NCBI GenBank assembly: GCA_964390555.1
Contig: CAYMJU010000086.1
Coordinates: 7,661-71,660, forward strand
Direction: 5' to 3'
Source of the DNA: an uncultured Acidimicrobiales bacterium
Lineage (GTDB): Bacteria > Actinomycetota > Acidimicrobiia > Acidimicrobiales > SHLQ01
Length of the DNA stretch: 64,000 nt
Under the pieces are notes generated by a model. It ran no database searches and was not told the origin of the DNA. It was given only the letters and a program-made list of their open reading frames with translations. Positions 53,460 through 62,882 of the stretch are shown here, one piece after another (within the stretch, counting starts at the first letter, position 1; every line of letters begins with the position of its first letter). The position numbers and the translations under genes were made by a program.

Positions 53460-53601
53460 CGTGTCTCCCTCGGACCAGGCTCGGGGTGCCATCTGGCTGG
53501 CGACGTTACTCGATTGATGTAGAGCTTTCAGGTACAGTCCGGCGGGTGAGTGAACCGCGGAGCAACACAGTTTGGACGGCCGAACGCGGTCGGTCTAGGC
53601 C

Positions 53602-54636
53602 GTGAGCGCCGAGGTCATGGACGATCTGGATCCTGAGCGGCTGCGGGAGTGGCTGGCGACGGCGCTTCATGCCACGGTGTCGCCGGTGACCGTGACCCGG
53701 TTGGCCGGCGGGCATTCGAGCGGCGCGTGGCGGCTGGACGTCTCGATCGGTGGGGTTGCTCGGCCGCTTGTGCTCAAGGCCCCCACGCAACCGAGCGTGG
53801 TGTTTCAGCGCGATGCAGTCCGCGAGGCCCGCATCCTGTCCGACCTGCACCGGCTCGGAGCGCCGGTCCCCGAGATCGTGGCCATCGACGAGGGTGACCG
53901 AGCCGTGGGTCGGCCGTGCTTCGTCATGGCGTACATCCCGAGCCGCAGCGTCGAAGACGCGGCACCGGGCGCCTACCACGCCGATATCGAGCTGAGGGCC
54001 GTCGGCGTCGAAGGACAGCGAGCCGTTTGGCACTCCTTCCACGACGCGCTGGCGGCACTGCACTCGGTCGACGCCGCACAGGTTCCCGCGGCTCGGCTTG
54101 GCGACGCGGGTGTCGCCGACGTGCTCGCCTACTGGCGCGCGTCCCTGCTCGACGTCGCCCCTGCGGCGGCGGTGCCCCGGCAGATCGCCGTGCTCGACTG
54201 GCTGAGAGCCAACACGCCGCCCGACGCCGACGACGCGCCGGCGGTGTGCCTCGGCGACGCTCGCCTGGTCAACGCCTTGCTCGCCGGCACGGAGGCCCGG
54301 GCGCTGGTGGACTTCGAGGTCGCCTACGTCGGCAATCCCGCGGCCGACATCGCCTACAGCCTGTTCCTCGACAGCTCGTCGCGCCGAAGGGCCGCACAAC
54401 CGCTGGACTTGCCGACCCACGACGAGACGTGGGCCCGCTGGAGCCGAATCACCGGTCGGCCCTTGGACCACCTGGTCTACTGGACCGCGTTCGCAGCGAC
54501 GATCCTGTGTGTCACCGCGACCCGGGCCATGATCCAGTGGGAGGTCGCCGCGGTGGCCGACGTCGAGGCCGTCAACCCGGTCGTGGCCGAGTGGGAGGTG
54601 ACCGTCGAGCGAGCCACCACGAGAGGAGCGCGATGA
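53602..54636 (+). CDS. APH/choline-kinase-like phosphotransferase family protein
   Basis: GTG 53602. LAGGHSSGAWRLDV (Gly-rich loop region), catalytic loop CLGDARLVNALL, and LVDFEVAYVGNPAADI. Confidence 0.8.
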   Translation: MSAEVMDDLDPERLREWLATALHATVSPVTVTRLAGGHSSGAWRLDVSIGGVARPLVLKAPTQPSVVFQRDAVREARILSDLHRLGAPVPEIVAIDEGDRAVGRPCFVMAYIPSRSVEDAAPGAYHADIELRAVGVEGQRAVWHSFHDALAALHSVDAAQVPAARLGDAGVADVLAYWRASLLDVAPAAAVPRQIAVLDWLRANTPPDADDAPAVCLGDARLVNALLAGTEARALVDFEVAYVGNPAADIAYSLFLDSSSRRRAAQPLDLPTHDETWARWSRITGRPLDHLVYWTAFAATILCVTATRAMIQWEVAAVADVEAVNPVVAEWEVTVERATTRGAR

Positions 54637-55604
54637 TCGTCGACACCGACGAGCAGATCCATGCCGCTGACCCCAAGGTGTGGTCGTGGAGCGAGTCGTG
54701 GTTCTTCTCGTTCATCGATCTCGATGGTGGCCCGGCACTGGTGTTCCGGGTGGGCGTCGTGCCCAACCAGCGTCGAGCCATGCTGTGGGCCTTCGTCCAC
54801 GTCGACGGCGAGTGGCTTGCGGTCGAGGAGTCCCGGCTTCACGCCGACGATCTGCGCACCGAGCGGGGCATCGCCTATGACCGGTGGGCGCTTCAGTTCG
54901 CCTGGGAGCCGACAGAGGCGCTGAAGGCGTCACGGTTCAGCTTCTCCGGATCGTGCCTGGCCCGTTCTGGCCCCCGGGCGGGAGCCGTCGTGCCGGTCTC
55001 GATCGACGTCTCGACCACAGCGACGGCATCGCTCCTTGTCACCGGCACCGGCGAGGCCGGTGGGGTCACCGGTACCGGCGAGGCCGGTGGGGCCGCCGAG
55101 TACCCGACGAACCGGTTCGAGCAATCCGTCCAGGTGGTCGGGTCGGTGGTCATCGACGGCGTTTGCCACGAGGTGCGGGGCGGCGGGCACCGCGACAAGT
55201 CGTGGGGCCCTCGGGACTGGCGGGTGGCGTTCACCATCGGCGACCTTCAGGGCGACGACCGCCAGCTCTACTTCGTGGGCCGCCGACCTGGTCAGGGGTC
55301 GGGGTATGTGCGGGCCGGCACCGACGAGCTCCAGGTGATGCGTTGGGTCGGCGGAGAAGTCGGCTTCGACGATGCCAACCGCACGATCACCGGTGCCCGA
55401 CTCGAGCTCGCCGCGGGCGACACTCGGATCGAGGCGACGCTCAAGCCCATCGGACCCAGCATCTGTTTCGATATGGCGCACACGTGCCCCGAGCCCGAAC
55501 ACTGGCTCTACTACCGGGCCCTGGTCGAGGCTCGGGTCACGGGCTGGAGCGAGCCGGTGCGGGGTTGGTTCGAGACGAGTCGTTACGGTGAGGAGCAGCG
55601 CTGA
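54633..55604 (+). CDS. Conserved hypothetical protein (tentatively CrtC/AttH-like beta-barrel)
   Basis: ATG 54633 overlaps the upstream TGA (ATGA), and its stop shares 1 nt with the next ATG. WSWSESWFFSFIDLDGG and GGHRDKSWGPRDW resemble DH-x-WG motifs of that superfamily. The family call is low confidence. Confidence 0.65.
   Translation: MIVDTDEQIHAADPKVWSWSESWFFSFIDLDGGPALVFRVGVVPNQRRAMLWAFVHVDGEWLAVEESRLHADDLRTERGIAYDRWALQFAWEPTEALKASRFSFSGSCLARSGPRAGAVVPVSIDVSTTATASLLVTGTGEAGGVTGTGEAGGAAEYPTNRFEQSVQVVGSVVIDGVCHEVRGGGHRDKSWGPRDWRVAFTIGDLQGDDRQLYFVGRRPGQGSGYVRAGTDELQVMRWVGGEVGFDDANRTITGARLELAAGDTRIEATLKPIGPSICFDMAHTCPEPEHWLYYRALVEARVTGWSEPVRGWFETSRYGEEQR
55037..55090 (+). repeat. In-frame 27-bp x2 tandem duplication
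   Basis: GTCACCGGCACCGGCGAGGCCGGTGGG / GTCACCGGTACCGGCGAGGCCGGTGGG (26/27 identical) encodes VTGTGEAGG twice. Confidence 0.9.
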
Positions 55605-57256
55605 TGACCGGCACCGAGTGGGCGCTGACCGAGGTACACGATGTCGTGGCTGGCGCGATCCCGGACCGCGAGATGATCGTCTGCGGTGCGGTGCGGCGAA
55701 CGTATGCCGAGGTGGCCGGTCGCACCCGAGCGGTCGGCGCCTACCTGTCGGGCCGCGGCTTGGGGCTCCGCCGGGATCGTAACGAGCTGGCGCGGTGGGA
55801 GTGCGGTCAGGACACCGTGGCCATCGTGTTGTTCAACTGTCCGGAGTATCTCGAGGCGATGCTCGGGTCGTTTCGCGCCCGGGCGGTTCCGTTCAACGTC
55901 AACCAGCACTACCGCGCCAACGAGGTGAGGGAGTTACTCGCCTACCTCGATGCGCGGGCGGTGGTGTACCACCGGGCGCTCGGACCGCTGGTGGCCGAAG
56001 CGTATGACACCAGCGCGCTGGTCCTGATCGATGTCGATGACGGATCGGGGGTCGCCCCACTTGCCGGGAGTACCAACTTCGAGGAGGCGGCGCAATCTCC
56101 GGTAACCGAGCCGTTGCCGGTTCCGTCCCCTGATGACCTCTACGCAGTCTGCACCGGAGGCACGACCGGTCGGCCCAAGGCAGTGTTGTGGCGCCAGGCC
56201 GACGCCTACGTGTCGGCGATGAGCGGCGCCGAAGGCGCGACCGCGGGGTCGATCGCCGCCGCGGTGGCCGAGCCGAATCCACTCAGCCCGTGGTACGCGG
56301 TGCCGCCGCTGATGCACGCGGCCTCGCAGTGGACGGCGTTCGCCGGGATGCACAACGGCGGGACCGTCGTGCTCCACGACGACTCGGGTTCGTTCGACGC
56401 CCGGTTGATCCTCGAGACCGCCGAACGGGAGCGGGTGGGCATGATGTCGATCGTGGGCGATGCCTACGCCCGGCCGATGGTCGAGGAACTGCGCCGGCGT
56501 CCCTACGACCTCTCGATGCTGCGGCGTCTGGGTGTGGGCGGCGCCGCCACCGGCGAGCATCTCAAGGATGCGTTCCTGGAACTGGTGCCCGACGTGACGA
56601 TCACCGACGGCTACGGCGCGTCGGAGACCGGCGGGATGGCCTTCGGCGCCCGCACCCGCTCCCTGAACACCGCGGGCTTTCTCCCGAGTGGCGGAGCGGT
56701 TGTCGTGTCGGCTGACCGCTCTCGGTTCCTCGATCCCGGCGACGAGGAGATCGGTTGGACCGCTCGGCGCGGTCGCGTGCCGCTCGGCTATCTCGGAGAT
56801 CGGGAGCGCACCGAGGCCACCTTTCCGATCATCGGCGACGAGCGGGTCGCGATCCCGGGCGACCGCGCCCAACTTCTTCCCGACGGGAACATCAAGATGC
56901 TGGGGCGCGACGCCATGGTGGTGAACACCGGCGGCGAGAAGGTGTTCGTCGAGGAGGTCGAGGCGGTGCTGCGCCGCCACCCCGACGTCGCCGACGCGCT
57001 CGTCGTCGGCCGCCCTTCGGAGCGGTTCGGGCAGGAGGTCACCGCCGTCGTCGCCGCTCGCCCTGGTGCCATGCTCGATCCCGCGGAGTTGCGCGAGTTC
57101 GTGAGCGCCGAGATCGCTCGGTTCAAGGCGCCCCGGGCCGTGCTCGTGTGCGACGCCGTGCGCCGCCACGCCAACGGCAAGGCCGACTACCGGTGGGCCC
57201 AGGAGATGGCGCTCGCCGCCATCGAAGTGACCAGCACCGGCACCGGCTCAGACTGA
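55604..57256 (+). CDS. Acyl-CoA synthetase (AMP-dependent ligase)
   Basis: AMP motif: YAVCTGGTTGRPKAVLW. C-terminal LLPDGNIKMLGRDAMVVNTGGEKV. Confidence 0.9.
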   Translation: MTGTEWALTEVHDVVAGAIPDREMIVCGAVRRTYAEVAGRTRAVGAYLSGRGLGLRRDRNELARWECGQDTVAIVLFNCPEYLEAMLGSFRARAVPFNVNQHYRANEVRELLAYLDARAVVYHRALGPLVAEAYDTSALVLIDVDDGSGVAPLAGSTNFEEAAQSPVTEPLPVPSPDDLYAVCTGGTTGRPKAVLWRQADAYVSAMSGAEGATAGSIAAAVAEPNPLSPWYAVPPLMHAASQWTAFAGMHNGGTVVLHDDSGSFDARLILETAERERVGMMSIVGDAYARPMVEELRRRPYDLSMLRRLGVGGAATGEHLKDAFLELVPDVTITDGYGASETGGMAFGARTRSLNTAGFLPSGGAVVVSADRSRFLDPGDEEIGWTARRGRVPLGYLGDRERTEATFPIIGDERVAIPGDRAQLLPDGNIKMLGRDAMVVNTGGEKVFVEEVEAVLRRHPDVADALVVGRPSERFGQEVTAVVAARPGAMLDPAELREFVSAEIARFKAPRAVLVCDAVRRHANGKADYRWAQEMALAAIEVTSTGTGSD

Positions 57257-57276
57257 AGCCGAGACCGAGACCGCCA

Positions 57277-57324
57277 TTCTGGGTGGGGGCGGCGGGCCCC
57301 AGGGCCCCCGCGACCCACCCAGAA
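57277..57324. terminator. GC-rich stem-loop between convergent genes (candidate bidirectional terminator)
   Basis: TTCTGGGTGGG (57277-57287) pairs with CCCACCCAGAA (57314-57324), an 11-bp perfect outer stem, with further GGGCCC/GGGCCC pairing inside. It lies between stop codons at 57256 and 57330. Confidence 0.45.
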
Positions 57325-57329
57325 CGGGT

Positions 57330-58595
57330 TCAGCGGGGGCCTTTGGGGACGTCGCGAAAGGAGCCGTCGTCGTGGCGGGTCTCGCGGGGCATGCCGAGGA
57401 GGCGCTCGGCGATGACGTTGCGGGCCATCTCGGTGGTGCCGCCGCCGATGCAGCCGGCCTGGCGAACGAGCCAGCTGAACCCGACCCCGGCACGCCGGTC
57501 GTCACCTGGTGTCCACGCCACACCGTCGGCGCCGGCGACCTCGAGGGCGAGCGCAGCCCGGCGAACCTGCGCCATACCACCGAAGAGCCGGCTCATCGCG
57601 GCCGCGTGGAAGGGGAGCTCCCCGGCCTGCATCTTGCGGGTGACCGACGAGACGAGGGCGTCGCTGACCAGGGTGAGGGCCCGAGCTTCGCCGATCATCT
57701 CCAGGACGCGAGGGTCATCGACGGTGCCGAGGGAGCGGGCCAACGAGGCGAGCTTGGGCCCATCGTTGGGGGCATTGTGCGCCCGGCCGGTGCTGGTCAC
57801 ATACGGGGAGCCACCCGAGATCGTCCGCTCGTGGTGTAGCCAACGGGTCATGACCGTCCAGCCGCCATCGATGTCGCCGATGCGGTCGTCGTCGGGCACG
57901 ACGACGTCGGTGAGAAATTCCTGACAGAACTCCACCGACCCGTTGAGCAGCTCGATCCGGTGGATGTCCAGGCCCGGCGTGCGGAGCGGGACGGCGAACA
58001 CGGTCAGGCCGCGGTGCTTCTCGACTTCCCAGTTCGTGCGGGCCAGGCACATGGCCCAGTCCGAGTACCAGGCCCCGGTGGTCCAGATCTTGGAGCCGTT
58101 GAGGATCCAATGGTCGCCGTCGCGGGTCGCAGTGGTGCGGGCGCCAGCAGCGTCGGACCCGCCGCTCGGCTCGGACAGCAGCTGAGCCCAGACCTGTTCG
58201 CCCTTGAGCATGGGCGCAATGTGCCGGAGCTTCTGTTCCTCGGTACCGAACTCCAGCAAGATCGCCATGCACGGGATGAATGTCGAGGCTTGGATCTCGA
58301 TCGGGTAGTCGTACCCCCGCAGCTCCCGGTTGAACGCCGCCTGATGGGCTGGCGTGAGGCCTAGCCCGCCGTACTCGGTGGGAACGCAAACTCCGGCGAA
58401 CCCGCCGTCGAACAGGAGGCGCTGCAACCGCCGGCAGGTGTCGATGCGCTCGAGGTCGTGGTCGTCGCTGCGTGACGAGGCGTCGGTGAAGAAGAAGTGC
58501 CCGGCAGTCGGATCGGCCGGTGGCATGGTTTCGGTCAGCCAGGCCCGGGCCCGAGCGGCGAAGTCCTCGACCGGGATAACGGCGGTGTGACTCAT
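57330..58595 (-). CDS. Acyl-CoA dehydrogenase (downstream member of an overlapping pair)
   Basis: Motifs: AQLLSEPSGGSDAAGARTTATRDGDHWILNGSKIWTT and CIGGGTTEMARNVIAERLLGMP. ATG 58595 overlaps the upstream stop (ATGA). Confidence 0.9.
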   Translation of the reverse strand: MSHTAVIPVEDFAARARAWLTETMPPADPTAGHFFFTDASSRSDDHDLERIDTCRRLQRLLFDGGFAGVCVPTEYGGLGLTPAHQAAFNRELRGYDYPIEIQASTFIPCMAILLEFGTEEQKLRHIAPMLKGEQVWAQLLSEPSGGSDAAGARTTATRDGDHWILNGSKIWTTGAWYSDWAMCLARTNWEVEKHRGLTVFAVPLRTPGLDIHRIELLNGSVEFCQEFLTDVVVPDDDRIGDIDGGWTVMTRWLHHERTISGGSPYVTSTGRAHNAPNDGPKLASLARSLGTVDDPRVLEMIGEARALTLVSDALVSSVTRKMQAGELPFHAAAMSRLFGGMAQVRRAALALEVAGADGVAWTPGDDRRAGVGFSWLVRQAGCIGGGTTEMARNVIAERLLGMPRETRHDDGSFRDVPKGPR

Positions 58596-59701
58596 GCGGC
58601 GACTCCTTCGGCGGCCACGATGCGGCCCAAGCGGCGGGCGAAGTCCGCGGGGGAGCCGTAAAGGTTGGCGTCGAGGACCGCCCGCCGGAGGAATAGGTGC
58701 AGGTCGTGGTCGAACGTGACGCCGATGCCGCCGTGGAGCTGGATGCAGTCCTGGATCGCCTCAGGTGCGTGCCGTCCGACATGCGCCATGCCGGCGCTCG
58801 CCCACGCCCGGCCGTCGGCGGCGCCGGCGCCGACGAGCGCCGCCGCGCGGGCGGCCACGGCTTCGGCCGCCTCGAGCTGGGTGCGCAGGTCCGCCACCCG
58901 GTGCTTGATCTCCTGGTAGGAGTTGAGCGGGCGACCGAACGAGTACCGGTTGGCGACCCACTCAAGCGTCATCGCGAATGCCCGATGCAACGCACCGGTG
59001 ATCTCGCCGAGCGCGACCACCGCCACCAGGTCGAGCAGCGCCTCGTCGTGAGCGGCCGCCGTCCCCGGCTCGCCCACCCGGGCATCGGCGAACAGCGCCA
59101 CCCCATTCAGCGTCACGTCCCAGAATCGCCTGGTCAGGTCGACGCCGTTCAGCGACGTCATGCCGACGCCGGGCTCGTCGAGGGGCACCAGGAACTGCGA
59201 CGGACCCCCCACTTCGTCAGCGCTCACGAGGAGATATCGGGCATCGGCCGCGCTCTCGACGGACCGGACTCGACCGGTGAGGACCACGCCTTCACCCGAC
59301 GCCGTCGCGGTGCAGGCCGACCGGTGGCCCCAGGCCGCGACGGCTTCGCCGACGATGATCTCGGCTAGCGCCCCGGATTGCTGAACCGCCGACCCCCAGC
59401 GCCCGAGCGCGGCGGCCACGACGTTGCTGCCGAGCAACGGCCCCGGTGCCGCGTGCTGTCCGAACAGCGAGGCCACGATCAACATGTCGGCCAGCCCGTT
59501 GCCGCTTATCGAACCGCCGCCGGCCTCCTCGGACACGAGCAGCGTCGTCCACCCGAGCTCGGCCGCTTCCCGCCAGCGCGCCGGCTCGAACGCCGACTCG
59601 GCCCTGGCGAGGGCTCGGACCCGCTCAACCGGGTAGTGCGTCTCCATGAAACGCGCCGAGGCGCTCTCGAACACCTGCTGGTCCTCGGTCTGTGCGAACA
59701 T
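58592..59701 (-). CDS. Acyl-CoA dehydrogenase family protein (upstream member of the pair, 369 aa)
   Basis: ATG 59701 follows GGTGGAG. C-terminal ACAD-like region: AIQDCIQLHGGIGVTFDHDLHLFLRRA. It is shorter than the other ACADs in the window. Confidence 0.8.
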   Translation of the reverse strand: MFAQTEDQQVFESASARFMETHYPVERVRALARAESAFEPARWREAAELGWTTLLVSEEAGGGSISGNGLADMLIVASLFGQHAAPGPLLGSNVVAAALGRWGSAVQQSGALAEIIVGEAVAAWGHRSACTATASGEGVVLTGRVRSVESAADARYLLVSADEVGGPSQFLVPLDEPGVGMTSLNGVDLTRRFWDVTLNGVALFADARVGEPGTAAAHDEALLDLVAVVALGEITGALHRAFAMTLEWVANRYSFGRPLNSYQEIKHRVADLRTQLEAAEAVAARAAALVGAGAADGRAWASAGMAHVGRHAPEAIQDCIQLHGGIGVTFDHDLHLFLRRAVLDANLYGSPADFARRLGRIVAAEGVAA

Positions 59702-59762
59702 CGCTCCACCGTAGCCGGAAGATCTAGATGATTCTGGGCCGGCGCGCCATCGGTCCCGGCGC

Positions 59763-60524
59763 TCAGTGGTGGTGCAACAGGTCGACCACGGTTGCGGCTT
59801 CCTGACCGAGCATGACCTTCCCGACCACCCCCATGTGGGCTCGCCAGTGCGCCTCGGCCGCCGCGCCGTCGCCCCGCTCGAGCAGGTTGAGCAGGTGGTG
59901 TTGGGAGTTGATGCCCCGCTGCCGGGTCGACCGCGACCCGACAGGATCGGCGGACTGGCTCACGGCAGTGACGGCCGTGACCACGATCTCGTTGAGCATC
60001 TCGCCGACGATGCTCAAGGTCTGGTTGCCACCGAGAGCGACCAGGCGCTCGTGGAAGGCGGCGTTGGCGACTCCGAACGCGTCGGGGTCCGCGATCGCGG
60101 CCTCTTCCTGTGCCACCATCGCCCGCAGCTCGGCGACAGCGGACTTGCGTCGCCGAGACGCCGCGATTGAGCGGGCGGCGAGGGGTTCGATCTGGGCGCG
60201 TGCGTCGAACACGTCGGCGAGGGATACGTTGCGGGACTGAAGGACCATGGCCGCCGTGCGCGCGGTCATCCGCTGGTCCGGTTCGTGGACGATCACCCCT
60301 CCGTGGACGCCGCGAAGGACGGTGATGAGGCCCTCGGCCTCGAGGATTCGCAGCGCTTCACGCAGCGACGGCCGCGAGACCCCGAACCGCTCGACCAGGT
60401 CGGGCTCGTGGCCCAGCGAGTCGCCCTCGGAGAGCGCGCCGCTGACGATCAACGCCCGCAGCTCGTCGGCGATCAGCTGCGGTTTCTCACGTACTCGCGT
60501 TGCGTTGGTCTTCCTTGCGCTCAC
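59763..60524 (-). CDS. GntR/FadR-family transcriptional regulator (FCD C-terminal domain)
   Basis: GTG 60524 follows GGAGGAG. Winged-HTH region: LGHEPDLVERFGVSRPSLREALRILEAEGLITVLRGVHGGVIV. Confidence 0.85.
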   Translation of the reverse strand: MSARKTNATRVREKPQLIADELRALIVSGALSEGDSLGHEPDLVERFGVSRPSLREALRILEAEGLITVLRGVHGGVIVHEPDQRMTARTAAMVLQSRNVSLADVFDARAQIEPLAARSIAASRRRKSAVAELRAMVAQEEAAIADPDAFGVANAAFHERLVALGGNQTLSIVGEMLNEIVVTAVTAVSQSADPVGSRSTRQRGINSQHHLLNLLERGDGAAAEAHWRAHMGVVGKVMLGQEAATVVDLLHHH

Positions 60525-60736
60525 GCAACTCCTCCACTCGCCGGTCCGCGATCTGACCCCCGCCCCGAGGATAGCGAGCCGCGCCGTCGAAGGAGGTTGG
60601 TCGACCGACGACTGCGAGCTGTTCGGTTGAACGACCGAGCCCCGGTCGAGTACGCGCCAAACGTATTACTGTTTAGGCGTATGTCTTGGTGCATGTCTGA
60701 AGGAATCGATCCGGACGCCGTCAACTTGGTGGATGC

Positions 60737-61849
60737 TTGCTGGCACGCCGGGGACGGGCGATCTTGGTGACCAGCACGCCGTCGAGCACCACGCCCTGGC
60801 GGCGCACGCCCGACCAGGTAGAAGCGGGACTCGCCGCGTGGGCCAGGGCGTGGCGGGGCGACAGCTCGATGGTGTCCGAGGTCCGCTCGCCGGGCAGTGG
60901 GATGGCCAACGACACGGTGCTGTTCCGCCTCGACGGCGAGGCGCTGGTCGCCCGTCTCGCACCGTCGCCCGACTCGCCCTACCCGACGTTCCCGAGCTTC
61001 GACCTCGGGCTGCAGCAGCGGGCGATGGAGCTCGTGCGGAAGCGCACTTCGGTACCGGTCCCCGAGATCGTCCACCACGAGCGCTCCGACGCGTGGCTCG
61101 GGGTGCCGTTTCTCGTGACCCGAGCCATCGATGGCGAGGTGGCTTCGGACAACCCGCCCTACCTGCTCGACCCGACGGGGTGGTTCCTACAGGGCACCCC
61201 CGAGCAGTGGCAGCGCTTCGAGACCTCCACCATCGAGGTGTTGGTGCAACTGCATCGGATCGCCGATGACGGGGAGTCCACGGCGTTCCTCCGTCCCAGA
61301 ACATCCGGCGACACGGCGCTGGCCCGCTACTTCGGCTTCCTCCGTGAGTACTACGACTGGGCGCGGGAGGGTGCGAGAATTCCCGTCCTGGAGCGGGCGC
61401 TCGAAGTGTTGGCCGCCACGATGCCAGCCACGAACCACAGTGTCTTGAACTGGGGCGACAGCCGGCCGGGGAACATCATCTACCACGACTTCGAGCCGGT
61501 AGCCGTGCTCGATTGGGAGATGGCCGGCGTCGGCCCGCCCGAGCTCGACGTCGCGTGGACGACATTTTTCCAGCGGTTCTGGGCGTTCATGGCCGGGATG
61601 TACGGCGCGCCGGGCGTTCCGGAGATGTTCGATCGACAGACGACCGCCGCCACCTACGAGCGGCTGTCGGGCCGGAGGCTCGACGACCTCGCCTGGTACG
61701 AGGCGGCCGCTGGGTTGCGTTTCGGCATCATCTTGTTGCGGATGAGCCATCGCAGCATCTCCTTCGGCATGGTGGTGCCGCCCGCGAACCCCGACGGCCA
61801 TGTGATGTTCGCCCCGCTGCTCGAGGATCTGGTGGCCGAACTGCTGTAG
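60737..61849 (+). CDS. APH/choline-kinase-like phosphotransferase family protein
   Basis: Motifs: GSGMANDTVLFRLDG, catalytic loop VLNWGDSRPGNIIY, VLDWEMAGVGPPELDV. The start is uncertain among TTG 60737, TTG 60764 and GTG 60767. Confidence 0.75.
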   Translation: MLARRGRAILVTSTPSSTTPWRRTPDQVEAGLAAWARAWRGDSSMVSEVRSPGSGMANDTVLFRLDGEALVARLAPSPDSPYPTFPSFDLGLQQRAMELVRKRTSVPVPEIVHHERSDAWLGVPFLVTRAIDGEVASDNPPYLLDPTGWFLQGTPEQWQRFETSTIEVLVQLHRIADDGESTAFLRPRTSGDTALARYFGFLREYYDWAREGARIPVLERALEVLAATMPATNHSVLNWGDSRPGNIIYHDFEPVAVLDWEMAGVGPPELDVAWTTFFQRFWAFMAGMYGAPGVPEMFDRQTTAATYERLSGRRLDDLAWYEAAAGLRFGIILLRMSHRSISFGMVVPPANPDGHVMFAPLLEDLVAELL

Positions 61850-62040
61850 CGCGCTCACCGGGCCCGAACGTCCTCGGGTCGTGAAACGACTGAACCGACC
61901 GCGCTAATACGAACCCCGACCATGACGACTACCCCCGCGCCCACGATTGCAGTACCGCCCTCGACGGGCCGGAGGTCCTGTCGCGTCGGTTGCGCGGTGC
62001 CGCCTCGCAGCGGTTGGCCCCGTAGCTGTAGACAGTCGGC

Positions 62041-62880
62041 ATGAACGACCTCGCCTTCTCGTCGCCGCACCCGAACATCGGGTTGGAGCGACACGGTCAC
62101 GTGGCGACGGTGACGATCGATCGCCCGGACTCCAAGAATTCCTGCACCGGCGACATGTGGGTGGCCCTGGGTGCGATCTTTCGCCAGGTGAGCTACTCGG
62201 GGGTACGAGCGGTCATGCTGACCGGAGCGGGCGGCGACTTCTGCACGGGCGCGGACCTGGGCGGCTCGCGCTCTGATCGTGCGTCGACCGCCGGCGAGCC
62301 AGCGGGTGGGCGACCCGCGCCGCCGGGGACGATCCTCGATGCCATGCGGGTCCTCGGCGACGTGGTGGTGGCGGTGCACGATTGCTCGGTTCCCGTGGTG
62401 GCCAAGGTCGACGGGCTGTGCGTGGGTGCCGGCCTCGGTCTGGCGCTGGCCGCGGATCTCACGTGGTGCTCGGACCGGTCCCGGTTCTCGGCGATCTTCG
62501 TCAAGCGCGGGCTCAGCCTGGACTTCGGAACGTCCTGGCTGTTGCGCCAACGGATCGGGTCGCACAAGGCCAAGGAGCTGGCGTTCACGGGCAAGATGGT
62601 GAGCGGCGCCGAAGCGTTCGGGCTCGGCCTGGTGAACGCCGTAGTGCCGGCGGCCGACCTCGACTCGGCGGTTCGGGAGGTCGTCGAGACGATCGCTGCC
62701 GGCCCGCCAGTGGCATTGTCGATGACGAAGCGGGAGCTGAACCACGCATCGAGCGCGTCCCTCGCGCAGGCCCTCGAGACCGAAGCGCTGGCCCAGGGCT
62801 TCAACACCACCACCGAGGACATGCGCGAAGCGCTCATCGCCTACGGCGAGCGTCGCGCACCCGAATTCAAAGGCCGGTAG
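62041..62880 (+). CDS. Enoyl-CoA hydratase/isomerase family
   Basis: Motifs: IGLERHGHVATVTIDRPDSKNS and MLTGAGGDFCTGADL. Confidence 0.85.
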   Translation: MNDLAFSSPHPNIGLERHGHVATVTIDRPDSKNSCTGDMWVALGAIFRQVSYSGVRAVMLTGAGGDFCTGADLGGSRSDRASTAGEPAGGRPAPPGTILDAMRVLGDVVVAVHDCSVPVVAKVDGLCVGAGLGLALAADLTWCSDRSRFSAIFVKRGLSLDFGTSWLLRQRIGSHKAKELAFTGKMVSGAEAFGLGLVNAVVPAADLDSAVREVVETIAAGPPVALSMTKRELNHASSASLAQALETEALAQGFNTTTEDMREALIAYGERRAPEFKGR

Positions 62881-62882
62881 CC

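Noticed and set aside
53515-53530. A fourth TGACA-N6-TGTCA operator (TGATGTAGAGCTTTCA) between SDR 53459 and kinase-like gene 53602.
   Set aside because: It shares only the GTAGAG core and the outer TGA...TCA. The arms are not complementary. It is mentioned only as a weak look-alike.
60681-60770. A small ORF (MSWCMSEGIDPDAVNLVDACWHAGDGRSW) upstream of, and out of frame with, the third kinase-like gene. It could indicate a frameshifted N-terminus or pseudogene.
   Set aside because: The kinase-like domain (TPDQVEAGLAAW...) is fully contained in the 60737 frame, with several in-frame TTG/GTG starts. No frameshift is needed, and the small ORF has only moderate third-position GC.
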